From NCBI GenBank assembly GCA_951406725.2, contig OX597816.1, positions 174,592,001 to 174,656,000 on the forward strand: a DNA stretch of 64,000 nucleotides, written 5' to 3'. Position 1 is the first letter of the stretch; every line of letters starts with the position of its first letter. Below, one piece after another: positions 41,303-54,863 of the stretch. Below the pieces are notes generated by a model that made no database searches, was not told the origin of the DNA, and saw only the letters and a list, made by a program, of their open reading frames with translations. Source of the DNA: Octopus vulgaris (lineage: Eukaryota). Both the position numbers and the translations under genes were made by a program.

Positions 41303-41523
41303 TTAACCCTTTTGATATAAACCCACATAAAACTGCTCTTGTTCCTATGATACAAACTCCTATTTAAAGTAATGTAAATTAAAACTTTCAATCAAAATTC
41401 CATGTTTATGTTTTTAAACATAGCTTAACATTGGCAGTTATTTTATACTAAATTCTTCATTACTTTCAAAATTAATTGAAATAAAGGCAGTGCAAGCTGA
41501 CAGAAATATGGTAATGTGGTTCA
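41303..41523. mobile_element. Older, diverged piggyBac-type MITE
   Basis: TTAACCCTTTTGATA left end. Right end resembles 22740-22824. Confidence 0.5.
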
Positions 41524-41602
41524 ATAAATGCCTTGCAATATTTGGTTACATTTCCATTTGATCTTGAAATAAACTGTGCAGGTCAACTTAGCCTTTCTAA
41601 CT

Positions 41603-41636
<34 letters not shown>

Positions 41637-43060
41637 GAGAGACACACTTTGTGCCAATGTCAGAAATCATTAATATCCTTTTAGAAAACTTGATTGTGCT
41701 TTTCTATTGTGAGAAAGTGAAAGTATTTAAGCCCCTCCCTACCATGGATGTTACTGAAATGCTATTGATATCATTTTGGACAAAATAGCAAACTCTTGAG
41801 TCATTGGCTTTCTTTGGAATCACATTTGGCTGCTATGTCTATGACGAATACAAGGAATTGCAAAGCTTTGTGTTCCAGTTAAAATCAACTTGTCAATAGA
41901 AACAGAAGAATACTTATGATGGCTAATTCCTGTACATAATAATAATAATAATTATTATTATTATTATTATAAGAATTTCTTACATTGGCACAAAGGCATA
42001 TATTTGTAAGAGAGAAGAACAGTTGATCCAATCAACTTAAGTACACAACAAATACATATTTTATTGATGCTAGGAGGATGAAAAGTAAGAGTCAAATTTC
42101 AAGTCAAAAGCAGTGGAATAAATTACAGAACTATTATAGATCTATTCCAATGCTCCAGGTTCAAGAGACATTACAGTTCAAAACAATGAATATATCTGTA
42201 CTAAAAGGGAAGAAAGACAAAATGCACAGAGTAAGATATATACAAGTAAGAAGTAAGATGTATACATATAGACTGCATGCAACAGAAATCATGCCAATGA
42301 ATAAATTTGAAAATAGATTAAATTAACTAAGATTTTTAGGCCTTTATTCTGATATGTGTATGTACTCTAAGCACACATGCATAAAAGTATTAATTTACAT
42401 GTCTGTTGTGTATCACCATCATCAGTGTAACATCCTTCTTTTCATGCTGACATAATTGCTCATCTCTGACATTTATCATGTTCTTTGTATACTTGCTTGA
42501 ATTACAGCCTTTTGAAATCTGAACCTTACATTTCTTTATTGCCTCCCTTCACACATCCTTTACCGTTTTCTTTTTTTAAACAATAAATACCCATTGTTGT
42601 GAATTGGCATCACAGACAACCAATCTGTCAATTTCCTATAATTGGCACTCTACCAATGAGTTAACTCTTTTGCTCTCTTCTATATCATGTTTGTACAAGA
42701 TAGCAAAATAACAGGGACATGATTCAAAATCTTCAGTCTTGAAGCATTAACTTTAACCATTTAGCTCACATCATTGTCATCAAAACCATAAATCAAACTA
42801 TCAACTCCATTTTCACACAATTACTACTTCTATCAAGTACTTAACTTACAGGTGTTAAAAAGGTAACTTCATGGAAAGTGACAAGAAAAGAAGAGTTTGA
42901 GGAGAGAGAAGTAAAAATGGTAAAGTTATAATAAACAGAAGCAATGTTTCTAGTCTGAGCAAAGAGGATAAAGGAAAGGAAAAAACGTTATGGCTGAGGT
43001 ATTTGACCAATGACTTAATCAGTATATTGTCCATTTAGGACTGCGACAATTAGCATTTAC

Positions 43061-43114
43061 CTGTTCTCCAACTGAAGTGAGCATATTGAGTTGGTTGGCC
43101 AGGGGTCCAGTGAA
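43061..43114 (-). CDS. RAVER: Raver small exon (54 nt, phase 0-0)
   Basis: tctgtctttctcttAG acceptor, CAG|GTAAAT donor. Encodes FTGPLANQLNMLTSVGEQ in frame with both neighbours. Confidence 0.75.
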
Positions 43115-44942
43115 CTAAGAGAAAGACAGAAAGATAGAGCTAGTTTAAGAAGAGAAAAAAAAAAACAATATCCATATACCTTTCTTTGTAACCATAGTAA
43201 CCGGAGCTGACATTATTCACTCAGTTTCATGTTTTGGGGTGTTGTTTTGTGTATTAACATAAAACAAATGGCAAATAAATATCTTGTAAGAAACAGGAAG
43301 CCACACACTACATGCCCACTAGCTCCAAATTACTAATTTCAAATGGTTACTTTCTTTCATCCAGTATATTAAAAAAAAAATTTGTTAGTACCTCTACATA
43401 TAGAAATAGAATAGACCAAACTAAAATAAAGAAATATTTAGAGAATAAATAATTCAGAGGCACTAGTGTGTAAAAAAACAGATAAGCCAGATAACATATA
43501 TTTAATGCAGGTAAAAAGCTAGAAATAACATGGTGAGGAAAAAGCAATATGACGAAAATTTTTCATTATCTTCAGTAAATCTAGACTTGTTTCAGTTTTG
43601 TACTCTAAATAATCTTTTTTTTCACATGACAATAAATGCATCATTTTGTACATTTATGCTGTCATTAATTTATCCCTACTTTGCAAGTATGGGGAAGTCT
43701 ACGTCACGCTGATGAAGTTAGAATACTGAAAGATATAGAGAGATATTTCCAATGCCTCGGAAAAAATAAAATATCTTATTTCCAAGAAGATATTTGTCTT
43801 TGACTAATATTGCTTTTTCTTCTCTACAGTTATTTTTAGTTTGTAAATGCTCCAAAGAAATATGTTAAAAATATTTTCAACATTAAATATCTAATAAAAT
43901 CTTAGGATATGACTGGAGAAAATTGTATTCCATCTCATACCGACTGATCAGAATCCTTCATAGATTAGTGAGCTAGCCTTTGTACATGTGAAATAGTCAT
44001 GTAAACAAGCAGGAATAAATTTTGAAAAAATGACATCAGCATCAGTGAGAGCAATTTGTCCCTTGTTTATGATTGTATTCCACCTCAGTGTGACAAATGT
44101 TTATGATGGCAACATCATCATCATCATTTAATGTCCATTTTCCATGCTGGCATATGCGAATACACACAGGTGTGCACATACAGCTTTTACTATGTACCAC
44201 TTTGATTTTATATCACAATTAGATAAAAATGTCCCATACATAATTACACTGTTAGGTTCCCACTAAAGAATTTCTTTTCATCTAGTATGAAAAAGATGCG
44301 TTTGCCTGTAGATCATCCAAGTTGGATTTGCCATTATAAGATAAAAAGTGAAATTCACTGAGAACTGAAATGGATCTTAGACTTGGTTTGCCAAATAAAG
44401 CTTGTTATCAACCTACAGCTCTTATTTAAATCAGAAGGAAATTTCAAATTCTTGATCGAAATAACTTATACCAGACAATGTTAATAAAACATTTGAGTTT
44501 GATAGACAGTACTCAAAATGTCTTAATGAGAACATGCAGCCACTATCACAATTCCTTAAATAAATTCATATTCACAAAACTGATCACTTAATATATTTAT
44601 TGTTCCTAAATGTTTCAAAATAATACATTTCTTCTGTTCTTGGCATCAGCTTAATTACATACAATTAAAAACAATCTGAAAATAATAAAACTCTTAAATG
44701 TCTATTAGATAGAAACAGAACAAGAGGCCCACTGGCAACATTCAAACAATGCCAGATAAATATTACTAATTATACTATACCACATAATAAACACCAAACT
44801 AAACTAGGATACCTCACTGTATGAGACATTAGTGGAATAACCTAGTCTGCTGGCACGAAGTGATTGATTAATTATCTGTGAAGCCAGGGAAATTCTTGTA
44901 AAGGTAGTTACAGTTCTATTAGTTGGCATGTTTCTATTTTCC

Positions 44943-45366
44943 GGAGTGGCTGTCTGGTAAATAGCTTGCTAACCAACCACATGGTTCCGGATTCAGTCCC
45001 ACTGCGTGGCATCTTGGGCAAGTGTCTTCTACTATAGCCCCGGGCTGACCAATGCCTTGTGAGTGGATTTGGTAGACGGAAACTGAAAGAAGCCTGTCGT
45101 ATATATGTATATATATATATATATATATATAAGTGTGTGTGTATATGTTTGTGTGTCTGTGTTTGTCCCCCTAGCATTGCTTGACAACCGATGCTGGTGT
45201 GTTTACGTCCCTGTCACTTAGCGGTTCGGCAAAAGAGACCGATAGAATAAGTACTGGGCTTACAAAGAATAAGTCCCAGGGTCAATTAGCTCGACTAAAG
45301 GCGGTGCTCCAGCATGGCCGCAGTCATATGACTGAAACAAGTAAAAGAGTAAAGAGTAAGAGTAAA
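44943..45366 (+). mobile_element. SINE family A
   Basis: Near-identical to 7859-8253. Confidence 0.88.
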
Positions 45367-48300
45367 CAGGTACTTTAAATATAATGAAATTCACATCTTA
45401 GTCAGTTAGACACACTACAAATGTATCTTTGTAAGATAAATAAACTATAACAGACTGACTGATAGTTAACTTACTTGTTTTGTAAAATGCTGTTTTGAGT
45501 TTCATCTTTATTCATATTATACAGTATTTACAAAACAAAGAAAAATGAGGTCAACAATCAGATGAGCTATTCTATTATTGTTACCAAATTTGAAATGGCT
45601 GCAACAAGATCTGATGCATTGTAATTTTCGATTTAGGAGTATTATATAGAAACTCCCAAACAAACAAAGCTCAAGTATTGTGGCTATTTTATTTTTATTT
45701 TATTTACATTTGTCTGGATCAGAAGGGAAAGATAGTGGTCTTAGATGTTGAGAGTGTTCTGGTATGTTAATGTGTCTAAATATCTGTGGGTAGTATGCTG
45801 TAGAAGCTGTTTGGACTCAAACAGACCATTTTCATAAACAGCAAACCTTTTAAGTCCTATAAATGTTAGAGGAATAAATAAGTGTTTAAGGTTGCACTCA
45901 AGAATGTACAGGTAATAAAATAGAGTGCTGTTTTCCTTAATTTGGGATTGAATACTGGGTCAGTGAGTCAGGTGTATTCCTGTAACTTGCAGGAAGCCAA
46001 TAAAATTGCCAAAGGCTTGAAACAGATTAAATTGTTATTTTCATGAATGCTGCACATGTAAATCCAAGATCTACTCCTAAGCCATTCAATAGTATTTATG
46101 GGTCCTGATTAGGCAGAAAATCACTGCATTTCCAATGTAGCACCAACCTAAATTTCTGACTACATTCTTGAAGTGAAACTGAAAGTTCACTGGTGCAGAA
46201 ACTCCAGGTATATTACAGGTAAAAGCAATGTGTGAGTCTTGCAAAAAGTAATGAGTCACACATTTAAGAAGGCTAAGACTGAATATAGCGCCACGATGAT
46301 GATGATGATGATGATTTATTATTAGTTATAATCGTTTCAGTACCATGCTAACACCACTGCACAGAAATGATTCATGTGAAAAGTTAATAAATGCAATCGA
46401 CTGTATCAGGTTGGCATCAAGAGGTGTGCTCTTCTTACATTGTGCGATGGATATGCATTTTATGTGGCTTTTATAAAGATAAAACAATAAGTGTAAAGAA
46501 AGAGGAAAAAAGGTGAAATAAAATGGATAAAACGAAGACAATAATACCAAGACTAAGAGAAAGAAGAATAGGAAGAATAATGTCAAATATTATCAAGAAA
46601 AGAGTGATCTCAGGGGTAGTAGTGGTGTATGTATGTTTGTATGTATATATATATATGTTGATAGATTAGTATTAAATCACATATTAGTGACAGGTGATGA
46701 TAATAAAATACTAATAATGTTAACACCACCAAGAAAATCAACAAAAGTAATAATAATAAAGCATATTACTGCTACTACTCTCATTATCACTATTTCATTC
46801 TTCATTTGGTTTCAGTTTTCATTTATATTTGATTATTATCCTTATTTGTAATTGTAGTAGGTATTAGTGTAATTAGCACACTAGGCAAAATGCTTAGCTG
46901 CATTTCAGTCATCTTTACGTTCTGAGTTCAAATTCCACCAGGGTCCACTTTGTCTTTCATCCTCTTGGGGTTGATAAAATAAGTAACATTTGAATGCTGG
47001 GGTCAAACTTATCTCCACTCCCTGAAATTCATGGCATAATGCCAAAATTTGAAATCATTATTATTATTGCTACTGTTGGTGTTGTTAGTATTATTATTAT
47101 TATTATTATTTTCTTATCATGGCCTGCCACTGTATCTGTGATTTACTACTGAGCCACTAATATTTATATATCTACAATTATAATTAAAAAAAAAAAAACC
47201 TGTTTATTATGGATTTCCGGTAATGTATGCACTATTTTGTATAGTAACTGGCTGGAGGCATTACCTGCAGCATATCTACGCATGTATGCCCCAATGATTT
47301 TCTTACCTTGTAGCTTTCAGAAAAACAGATATTTTTTTTAATGAAATTTTCTACAAATACACTTCAGATGGTATAGATTCTATTTCTATCAGAATCTGTT
47401 GTTGAAAGATTTTTGGTGTGAGTTAAAGAAAAAGAAATTGCTTGTTTATACTACATATAAGTGAATCAGTAATTTGTGCAAAAAAGGCAATTTGATGAAT
47501 TTAGAACAAATTTTCCCAATGGAAGTGATACTACAGTCCTGGATTTTCTTGTTTCAAAGGGTTGCTTTATGAGATTCCAGAAAAGAAATGGATTACAAAA
47601 TCTTGTGAGACATGCTGAGTCTGCTAGTGCAGATCATAAATGTAATTGACTACCCCCTCCTCCTCCCAGAGTAAGCTGATACCATTGACCCCAGTACTTT
47701 ATCAAGTTGATCCCAAATGAATGAAAAGCAAAGCTGACCTCAGCAAGATGTGAACCAGAATGTAAAGTGCCAGAACAAATACTGAAAAGCAATTTTCCAG
47801 CACTCTAATGATGTTGCCAACCCACTGCAGCAGTAGAAACAACAACAATTATTATTTCTAAGGGAGCACAAAACCAGAAATTTGGAGGAAGGAAATAGTT
47901 GAGTATACTGACCCCAGTACTTGACTGGTACATTACTGACTCTGGAGAATGCAAAACAAAGTTGACCTCGGTGGAATCTAAAGTCTGAATGTAAAGAGGT
48001 GGAAGAAATACTGCAAGACATTTCCCCCAGGACTAACAATTCTGCCAATTCACAAAACATTTACCTGGTTAAAAAAAAAAGCTATGTAAACTATTAAGAA
48101 CTCCCTAAGATACTGTCTAAATCAATGAAGGCAACCAAATTCAGAGAGGAAGAGGAAACAAAGTAAATATACAATGTCCCTATGCTTGAATATTTCATAC
48201 AAAGAAATAAGGCCCCAGATGACAATCAATAAAAACATTATTTTAGAAATGGAAAGGAAATTTCTACAAAAGTTCAAAATAATGTACTGCTATATGAATT

Positions 48301-49862
48301 ATTCTGGAGCACATCACAGAGCTAAATAATTGAAAATCTTCTAAACAAAAGATTTGAGCTGGGTAAGGGAACACTGCATGATAATTAACATTTTTAACTT
48401 AAGCATATCAACATACTCTCAAACAGCCAATAAAATGTATAAGCTTCTTCTTCATCATGCCACAACACTTTACAGTTAACAAGAATCCTCCAAACTAAAC
48501 TGTCAGCTTTATGAACTAATCGAGCAGATTGAATATAAAGTAGTTTGTTTTGCTAATACAACAGCTAAATTCTTATTTCAAATAAACCCTTCATTATGTT
48601 CATTGTTGAAAAAAAAAATGCTCCAAGCCCTAATGTTGTGGCTGATATTACTACAAGCAGAGATAAGATGGTCAACTGTTATTAAGGTGAGGGAATGAAC
48701 CTTACAAATATGAAATTTAAACTAAATTTTCTTGAGATTGATAAAGAAAAATCAATACACTCATTAGGAGCTTCACAGAGTAAAAAAAATTTCCAATTTA
48801 ATTATTACAAAATATATTGAATAATAACAGAAATATTCGAAAATTATTTCACAATAAAACCTACGGATTTCTAGACAAAATACATTAGCTAATTTATAGC
48901 CTGTCAAAGTGAAATTAGCATATGGATAAGGTGCAGGACCAGAGTTAGTGTCAATGTTTTATGAATCTCTGGATAGGATACTGTCCAGAAGCAAAAACCT
49001 CTCTTTTGTAACTTAAATAATCTCCTGCAATTTGTATGGTATGTGCACACACAAACACACGATCTGTGTGTGTGTGTGTGTGTGTGCATACATGAAATTA
49101 ATAAAGCATATTCTTTTCTGTTCAATTTATTCATTTCTGACTTATGGAGATACTAAGTAACCCAAAAGAAGAATGCTTCATATATATATGGAAATGCTGT
49201 GACATTCATAAAGTAATCAGGCTATCTGTAATAATTACAGAATTTTATAATTCCTGTAACATTATTATTTTGATATAATCACTGTCATTTACAATATTGA
49301 TAAGCATTTTCTTTTCACCCAAAACCAACATTCATACACTGTCATACACTCGGGTTGGCATTCTATAACAATACCATGGTTCTAGGTAACAATAGCTAAA
49401 TAAGAAACATCTCTCAACTGAAAAGTCACTAATTTGTCAGTATGTAGATGATGCACGTTAGAGTTAGTGTAGTCTACACACAAAACTACTTCTAAAAGTC
49501 AATAACAAATCTACTGATATAGTGGTATAGAATTGGACAACACAGCCTGAATGAGCACTTTAATCATAGTCCAAGCACACAAGCAACTGGATTTAGAACT
49601 TCTTGCAAAATACTTGTTAATTATAGAGTGTATGATGTTCTTTGTGCTGAAATAAGCCAACTCATCTATTTGAAGTAAAATAATACTGAATCAAAAAGAA
49701 TATTTAGCAACCATAAAACACAACATCAGTGATGAGATACAAACTATAAACCAGTTGGTTTGAAATCTGATAATATTATCAAATCATTCAGCTTCAACTT
49801 CACCACAAAATTGAAAATAAACATGCAATGTTTATAAAAATTTTTAAAAGTTCTTCACTTAC

Positions 49863-49975
49863 TAATTGTTGTCTTTGTCCTTGCATCTGGAGAGCAAGCA
49901 GAATGATCAATCCAAGCTGCATGTTTGAGTTCATCAGTGGATTGAAGGAAACATTGGGACCAGGGCCGAGAAGAC
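49863..49975 (-). CDS. RAVER: Raver exon with GLLGPGP motif (phase 1-0)
   Basis: ttacAG acceptor, GTAAGT donor, 113 nt. Encodes GLLGPGPNVSFNPLMNSNMQLGLIILLALQMQGQRQQL. Confidence 0.85.
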
Positions 49976-50219
49976 CTGTAACTCAAATGGCCCAAAAAAA
50001 ACAACAAATCTTTCAATATGCTCACAACAAGTAAATACAAAAATAACACACTTAAACAACAGTGTAACAAAGGTAACCACACAAAATATAGGCACAAGGC
50101 TTGAAATTTGGGAGCAGAGACAAGTCGATTACATCAACCCCAGTGCAAAACTGTTACTAATTCTGCCAACTCAGTGCCTTAATAATAATAATAATAATAA
50201 TAATGATAATAATGATAAT

Positions 50220-50777
50220 GAATGCCCTGATGCAGTACCAGGCAGTGGCTCTCATGGCTTCTGATCTTGACTGATTGGAAGTGTTATCATGTACATTGTT
50301 TTGTCTTGGTATAAAAGATGGGCTACACCAAATATTCTGCTCAATACCACAGATTTGCTTGTCAGTTGTTTGACCTTAATCAGTTGAGCATGTCCCTTAG
50401 TGGCTGACGATATGTGCATCTCTGATCACGAGCAGAAGTAGTGGGGGAGCATCATAGCCATGTGTTGAGAGGGATTCTTTGGGGCTTGAATAATTCACCT
50501 TTGGAAACAGGGGTGTTTCGTTCAACATCCTTAAACAACCCTTAATCAGGGACCTTTTGAGCGGGATGGGTTACCCAACCAGAAGAAAATTCTAACTGGG
50601 CCCCACCTGCAAGGTCATGCGCTGTTTATCTTGTTATGAGATCACCATGTCGTGCACATATGGTTGTGATGCATGTGCCTGGTGTACCCTTATCAGACAG
50701 GTAGTCATGATGGGTATATTGGGCTTTGTATATTTTACCCCAGTGTCACTTTGATGGCATGAACTGCTCTCTCACTC
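50220..50777. mobile_element. Unclassified ~560-bp interspersed element embedded in an (AAT)n tract
   Basis: Higher-GC block with (AAT)n on both sides and no ORF. Likely a non-autonomous retroelement (inference). Confidence 0.45.
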
Positions 50778-50815
<38 letters not shown>

Positions 50816-51002
50816 TAATAACAACAATAATTCTTCCTACTCTAGGCACAAGACCTGAGATTTGGTGGGGAGGAGTATAGTTGATTACATCGACCATTGC
50901 TAACTGGTACTTATTTCATCAACCCAAAAAGATGGAATGCAATGCCAACCTTGAAGTGTCTTGGTTGGTATGTTAACAATTCTGTTGGCTTATAATAATA
51001 AT

Positions 51003-51313
51003 GGTAAACATCGCCCTTTTCAAGCCTAGCCAGGCTCATGGGCCTGGTTTCCCGGTTTCTGTGGCGTATGTGTTCTCCCCAGCGGGATGGGATGCCAGTC
51101 CATCGCAGCATTACTCAAGAAACAGGAAGAGAGAGTGAGAGAAAGTTGTAGTGAAAGTGTACAACAGGGGTCGCCACCACCTGCTGCCGGAGCCTCGTGG
51201 AGCTTTTAGGTGTTTTCACTCAATAAACACACACAACGCCCGGTTTGGGAATCGAAACCATGATCTTCCGACCACAAGTCCACTGCCCTAACCACTGGGC
51301 CATTGCACCTCCA
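51003..51313 (-). mobile_element. SINE with a family B head and a different 3' half
   Basis: 51120-51313 matches the family B 5' half. 51003-51119 is unrelated to family B and resembles 14930-15020. Confidence 0.75.
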
Positions 51314-51324
51314 CATAATAATAA

Positions 51325-51612
51325 AAATAAAGATCTGGAAATAGAGGTAACTCGAATGTGGAGTCTAAAAACAGAAGCAATTCCTATTATAGTGGGCGCA
51401 TTAGGTATGATAAAAAAATATTCAGACAAATAGCAAAAGCACCAGGACTAACAAATATATATACATACAGAAAATAGCACTACTAGACACTGCACACATC
51501 CTATGTAAAATACTTTCAATAAAGTAAAAATAAGAGCATCACAACAAACCACAGCACAGACTGAAGGCACACAGAGCTGCGCTCGGTAGTGAAGTGAAAG
51601 CACATGATAAAA
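51325..51612 (+). mobile_element. 3' end of a restriction-like-endonuclease non-LTR retrotransposon (R4/Dong-like); further fragments on - at ~52300-52745 and ~53290-53430
   Basis: KDLEIEVTRMWSLKTEAIPIIVGALGMI...IQKIALLDTAHIL next to (TAA)n. Second fragment LGLEMAKIWKMKTTTILVIIGALGV. Confidence 0.75.
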
Positions 51613-51617
51613 ACAAC

Positions 51618-51972
51618 AGGTGTGGCTGTGTAGTAAGAAGCTTGCTTTCCTAACAACATGGGTTCAGTCCCACTGCATGGCACCTTGGGCAAGTGCCTTC
51701 TACTATAGCTTCAGACTGACCAATGCCTTGTGTATGAACTTGGTAGACAGAAACTGAAAGAAACCTGTCATATACATATCTTTGTGTATGTATTTGTCTT
51801 GACAACTGGTGTTGGTGTGTTCGTTTATGTCCCTGTAACTTAGCGGTTCAGTAAAAGAAACCAACAGAATAAGTACCGGGCTTAAAAAAAAAAGTGCTGG
51901 GGTCGATTCATTTGACAAAAAACTCTTGAAGGCAGTGCCCCAGCATGGCTGTTGTCTAATGACTGAAACAAG
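51618..51972 (+). mobile_element. Diverged SINE family A copy
   Basis: Colinear with 7859-8253 but with many substitutions. Confidence 0.75.
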
Positions 51973-52367
51973 ATAATAATAATAATAATCCTTTGTACTA
52001 AAGACTCAAGGACTGAAATTTTGGGGGAGAGGACTAGTCAATTACACTGGTACCTCACCATGATGATGATGATGATGATAATAACAGTTGTCATCATTAT
52101 TATTATGAAAAATTTCCTTGATATCTGCGGTACTTGCATATTATCCGCTGTATGCAACCTAGATACCTAAGGTAGATAATGGATATGATTTTTATCATAC
52201 ACTGGATGATTATATGATGCTAAGAAGCACTAGGACTGGATAAATTTTAAAAAGCACATGTACACATGAATGCCCACTAAAAACACTATAACACTATGAA
52301 ATCTGAGATGACAGTGCTCTTTGCAAAATGTGCAAAGTGCTCATGATGGTTATTTTTTGCATTTCTT

Positions 52368-52596
52368 TTAACCCTTTCGTTACTGTATTTATTTTGAGAT
52401 GCTCTGTGTTTCTTCTAATTATTTTAAATATAACAAAGAATTTAGTAAAATAGCATCGTTATCATTGAGCTAGTGTTAGGAACATAAATTGTGACTTAGA
52501 TTTGGTGGAAGATTTGAATTCAAAACTTATGAAAACAAGACATTTGTACTAGAGGGCCAGAGCCGGTTTCAGCCGGGTTGGTAACGAAAGGGTTAA
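52368..52596. mobile_element. piggyBac-type MITE family 1, inserted in an R4-like LINE fragment
   Basis: Perfect TTAA-CCCTTTCGTTAC...GTAACGAAAGGG-TTAA. Confidence 0.9.
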
Positions 52597-54782
52597 GTAT
52601 GATTTTCCTAGTATCATATGTATGAATTTTTCTGTTACCCCAAGTGCTCCTATGATAACAAGTATCGTAGTGGTTTTCATCTTCCATATTTTGGCCATCT
52701 CCAGACCTAGGGCTTCATTATTTCATATTTTATCGAGTTCTTTAACTACATAATTGTAGGTTGATATAAATTAGTCTTGAACTGCAATGATAAACACTAA
52801 CCTAACACTTCCCAAAACCACTGATGATCGAGTAATTTGACATCAGTTTTGTTGGTGTATGCTAAGTTTTAGTTATATAAGGGCTTATTAGTGTTGTTCT
52901 GCTTCTTCCAGTCATTTTCTTTCCTATCGATTATTTTTGCAGCTTGGCTTGGTGAAGTCTCTCTTGTCTTATTCTCATCATTATTTAACGTCCATTTTCC
53001 ATGCTGGCATAGGTTGGATGGTCTGGCATGAGCTAGTAAGGTCAGGGGCTGCAACAGACTCTATTGTCTGTTTCAGCATGGTTTCAACGGCTGGATGCAC
53101 TTCCTAATGCCAACCACTCTACAGAGTGTACAGGATGCTTTTTATGCAGTGCTTTTTACATGGCACCAAGGATGATTTAAAAGTTTTTTAGATTCTCTTG
53201 TGAGACAGAGTACTTAGATTTTTTACTTTCATAGTTTTTAACCAAGGCCTTCATCCAATCAGTTATTGCATTAGGGTAGCTGTTTTAAGGGACATTTCAT
53301 GTGAAATAAAACCTGTGCCACCTTCATTCATATGGATGTCAGCTTGAGGATGGTGCATATTGTGTGATGCGGAGAGTTTTTCTGGTTCTCCCATTCATCC
53401 TTTTGATATCTCGGAGAATCCAGTTATCATTATTAATATCATCATCATCATCATTACCACTACTACTATTATAGTGAGAATGCCTTACAAAAGCTTGTAA
53501 ACTGGTTTTGATTCCTAGGTGCACCCAATTAATTTCACTTAGAATGCTTATAACTACCCTTGTTTCTAAGTTTTTAGCTGGGGACCTAAGTTAGGCATCA
53601 TCAACAAGACAAAAAATGTAGGATTTATAAATTTTCTCCAAAAGCATTAGCAGTGTAATTTAAACAATTTCAGCAGAAAAATTGAAACCAGGTCAAACAC
53701 ACTGTCTCTTATTAGTAGTAGCTAGCAGCAATAACCATGCTGCATCATGTTTTCTTTCCAAGTGAAATTTAAAAATTAGAAGTCTTTTTTGAGAGCCTCT
53801 GTCAGTTTTAGAGTTTCCAATTTTCTCAATCTTTTACATTCCAATAAATAGCTAAATTATCTCGTGTGAAGATGGAAACTAGCATAATAAAATAAATTTT
53901 GTTTTTATCAGTTTTAAACCCTATTATGACCAAATCTGTAATAAAATAACTTAGAATTCAGAGCAATTAAATAAAATAACCAACTTTTTCAATAGTAAAA
54001 TGGTACTTAGAACATGTCTTTAAAATATTTCACTTAAATTTACCTTGTCACTAAGCAAGAACTTAATATAACTACAATGAAATACTTTTTTTAATAATAA
54101 TTTGTAATCAATGCTTGATTTTTTTTAAAGGTTTTACAAAGTGTTGGAAGGGATAAAGTAAACTTTAATCATAAAATAAAATTCAGACATATACGAGACA
54201 AGCTTATATAATTTTATTTATGTTTCAGCTGAAAGTTTGGAGGGTCAAATAATTAACCGGTTAACATTCAGATTATTCTGTCAAATGCAATGCTATATTC
54301 ACACTATTTTGAATTACTCATGTATTATCTTGCAGCTTTCAGATTTCAATGAAGTGACTGCTTATGTTAGAATAACAAATGTTGGGTAGGTGTGAGAGGC
54401 CAGATCTAGCCAGTTTGAACATAAAACAGGAAAAATATTTGGGCCAGATATGGCTAGTTTAACCCTTTAGTGTTTAAACTGGCTATATCCGGCCCATATA
54501 TTCTACTCATTTTATGTTCAAACTGGCCAGAACCAGTATCTCACACCTACCCTGCAATGTCATTCTAAAAATAAACAATTACATCTTTCAAATCTTGAAG
54601 CTACAAGATAATACCAGGTTAATTTTTTTAAATGTAAATAAATAAGGATTACCTCTGACATATTAGTTTGAATACTAAAGGGTTAAATATAATTTCACAG
54701 GGAATCCAAGCAAGCAATATTAATAAAATTGAAGTTTTTCATTTATTCATTTTTAAATAAACAAATTTTGAAATCAAAATAC

Positions 54783-54863
54783 CTGGTTTGGCATTTCTCA
54801 TGATGGTCTGATGTATGTAGGTTTTCTGAAGTAGCTGAAGAGCTTGGTGAAATTGCTCAAGCA
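54783..54863 (-). CDS. RAVER: Raver exon (81 nt, phase 1-1), most 5' confident exon in the window
   Basis: ctttctttttcttttAG acceptor, CAG|GTATTT donor. Encodes xLEQFHQALQLLQKTYIHQTIMRNAKP and joins the next exon as KPGLLGPGP. Confidence 0.82.
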
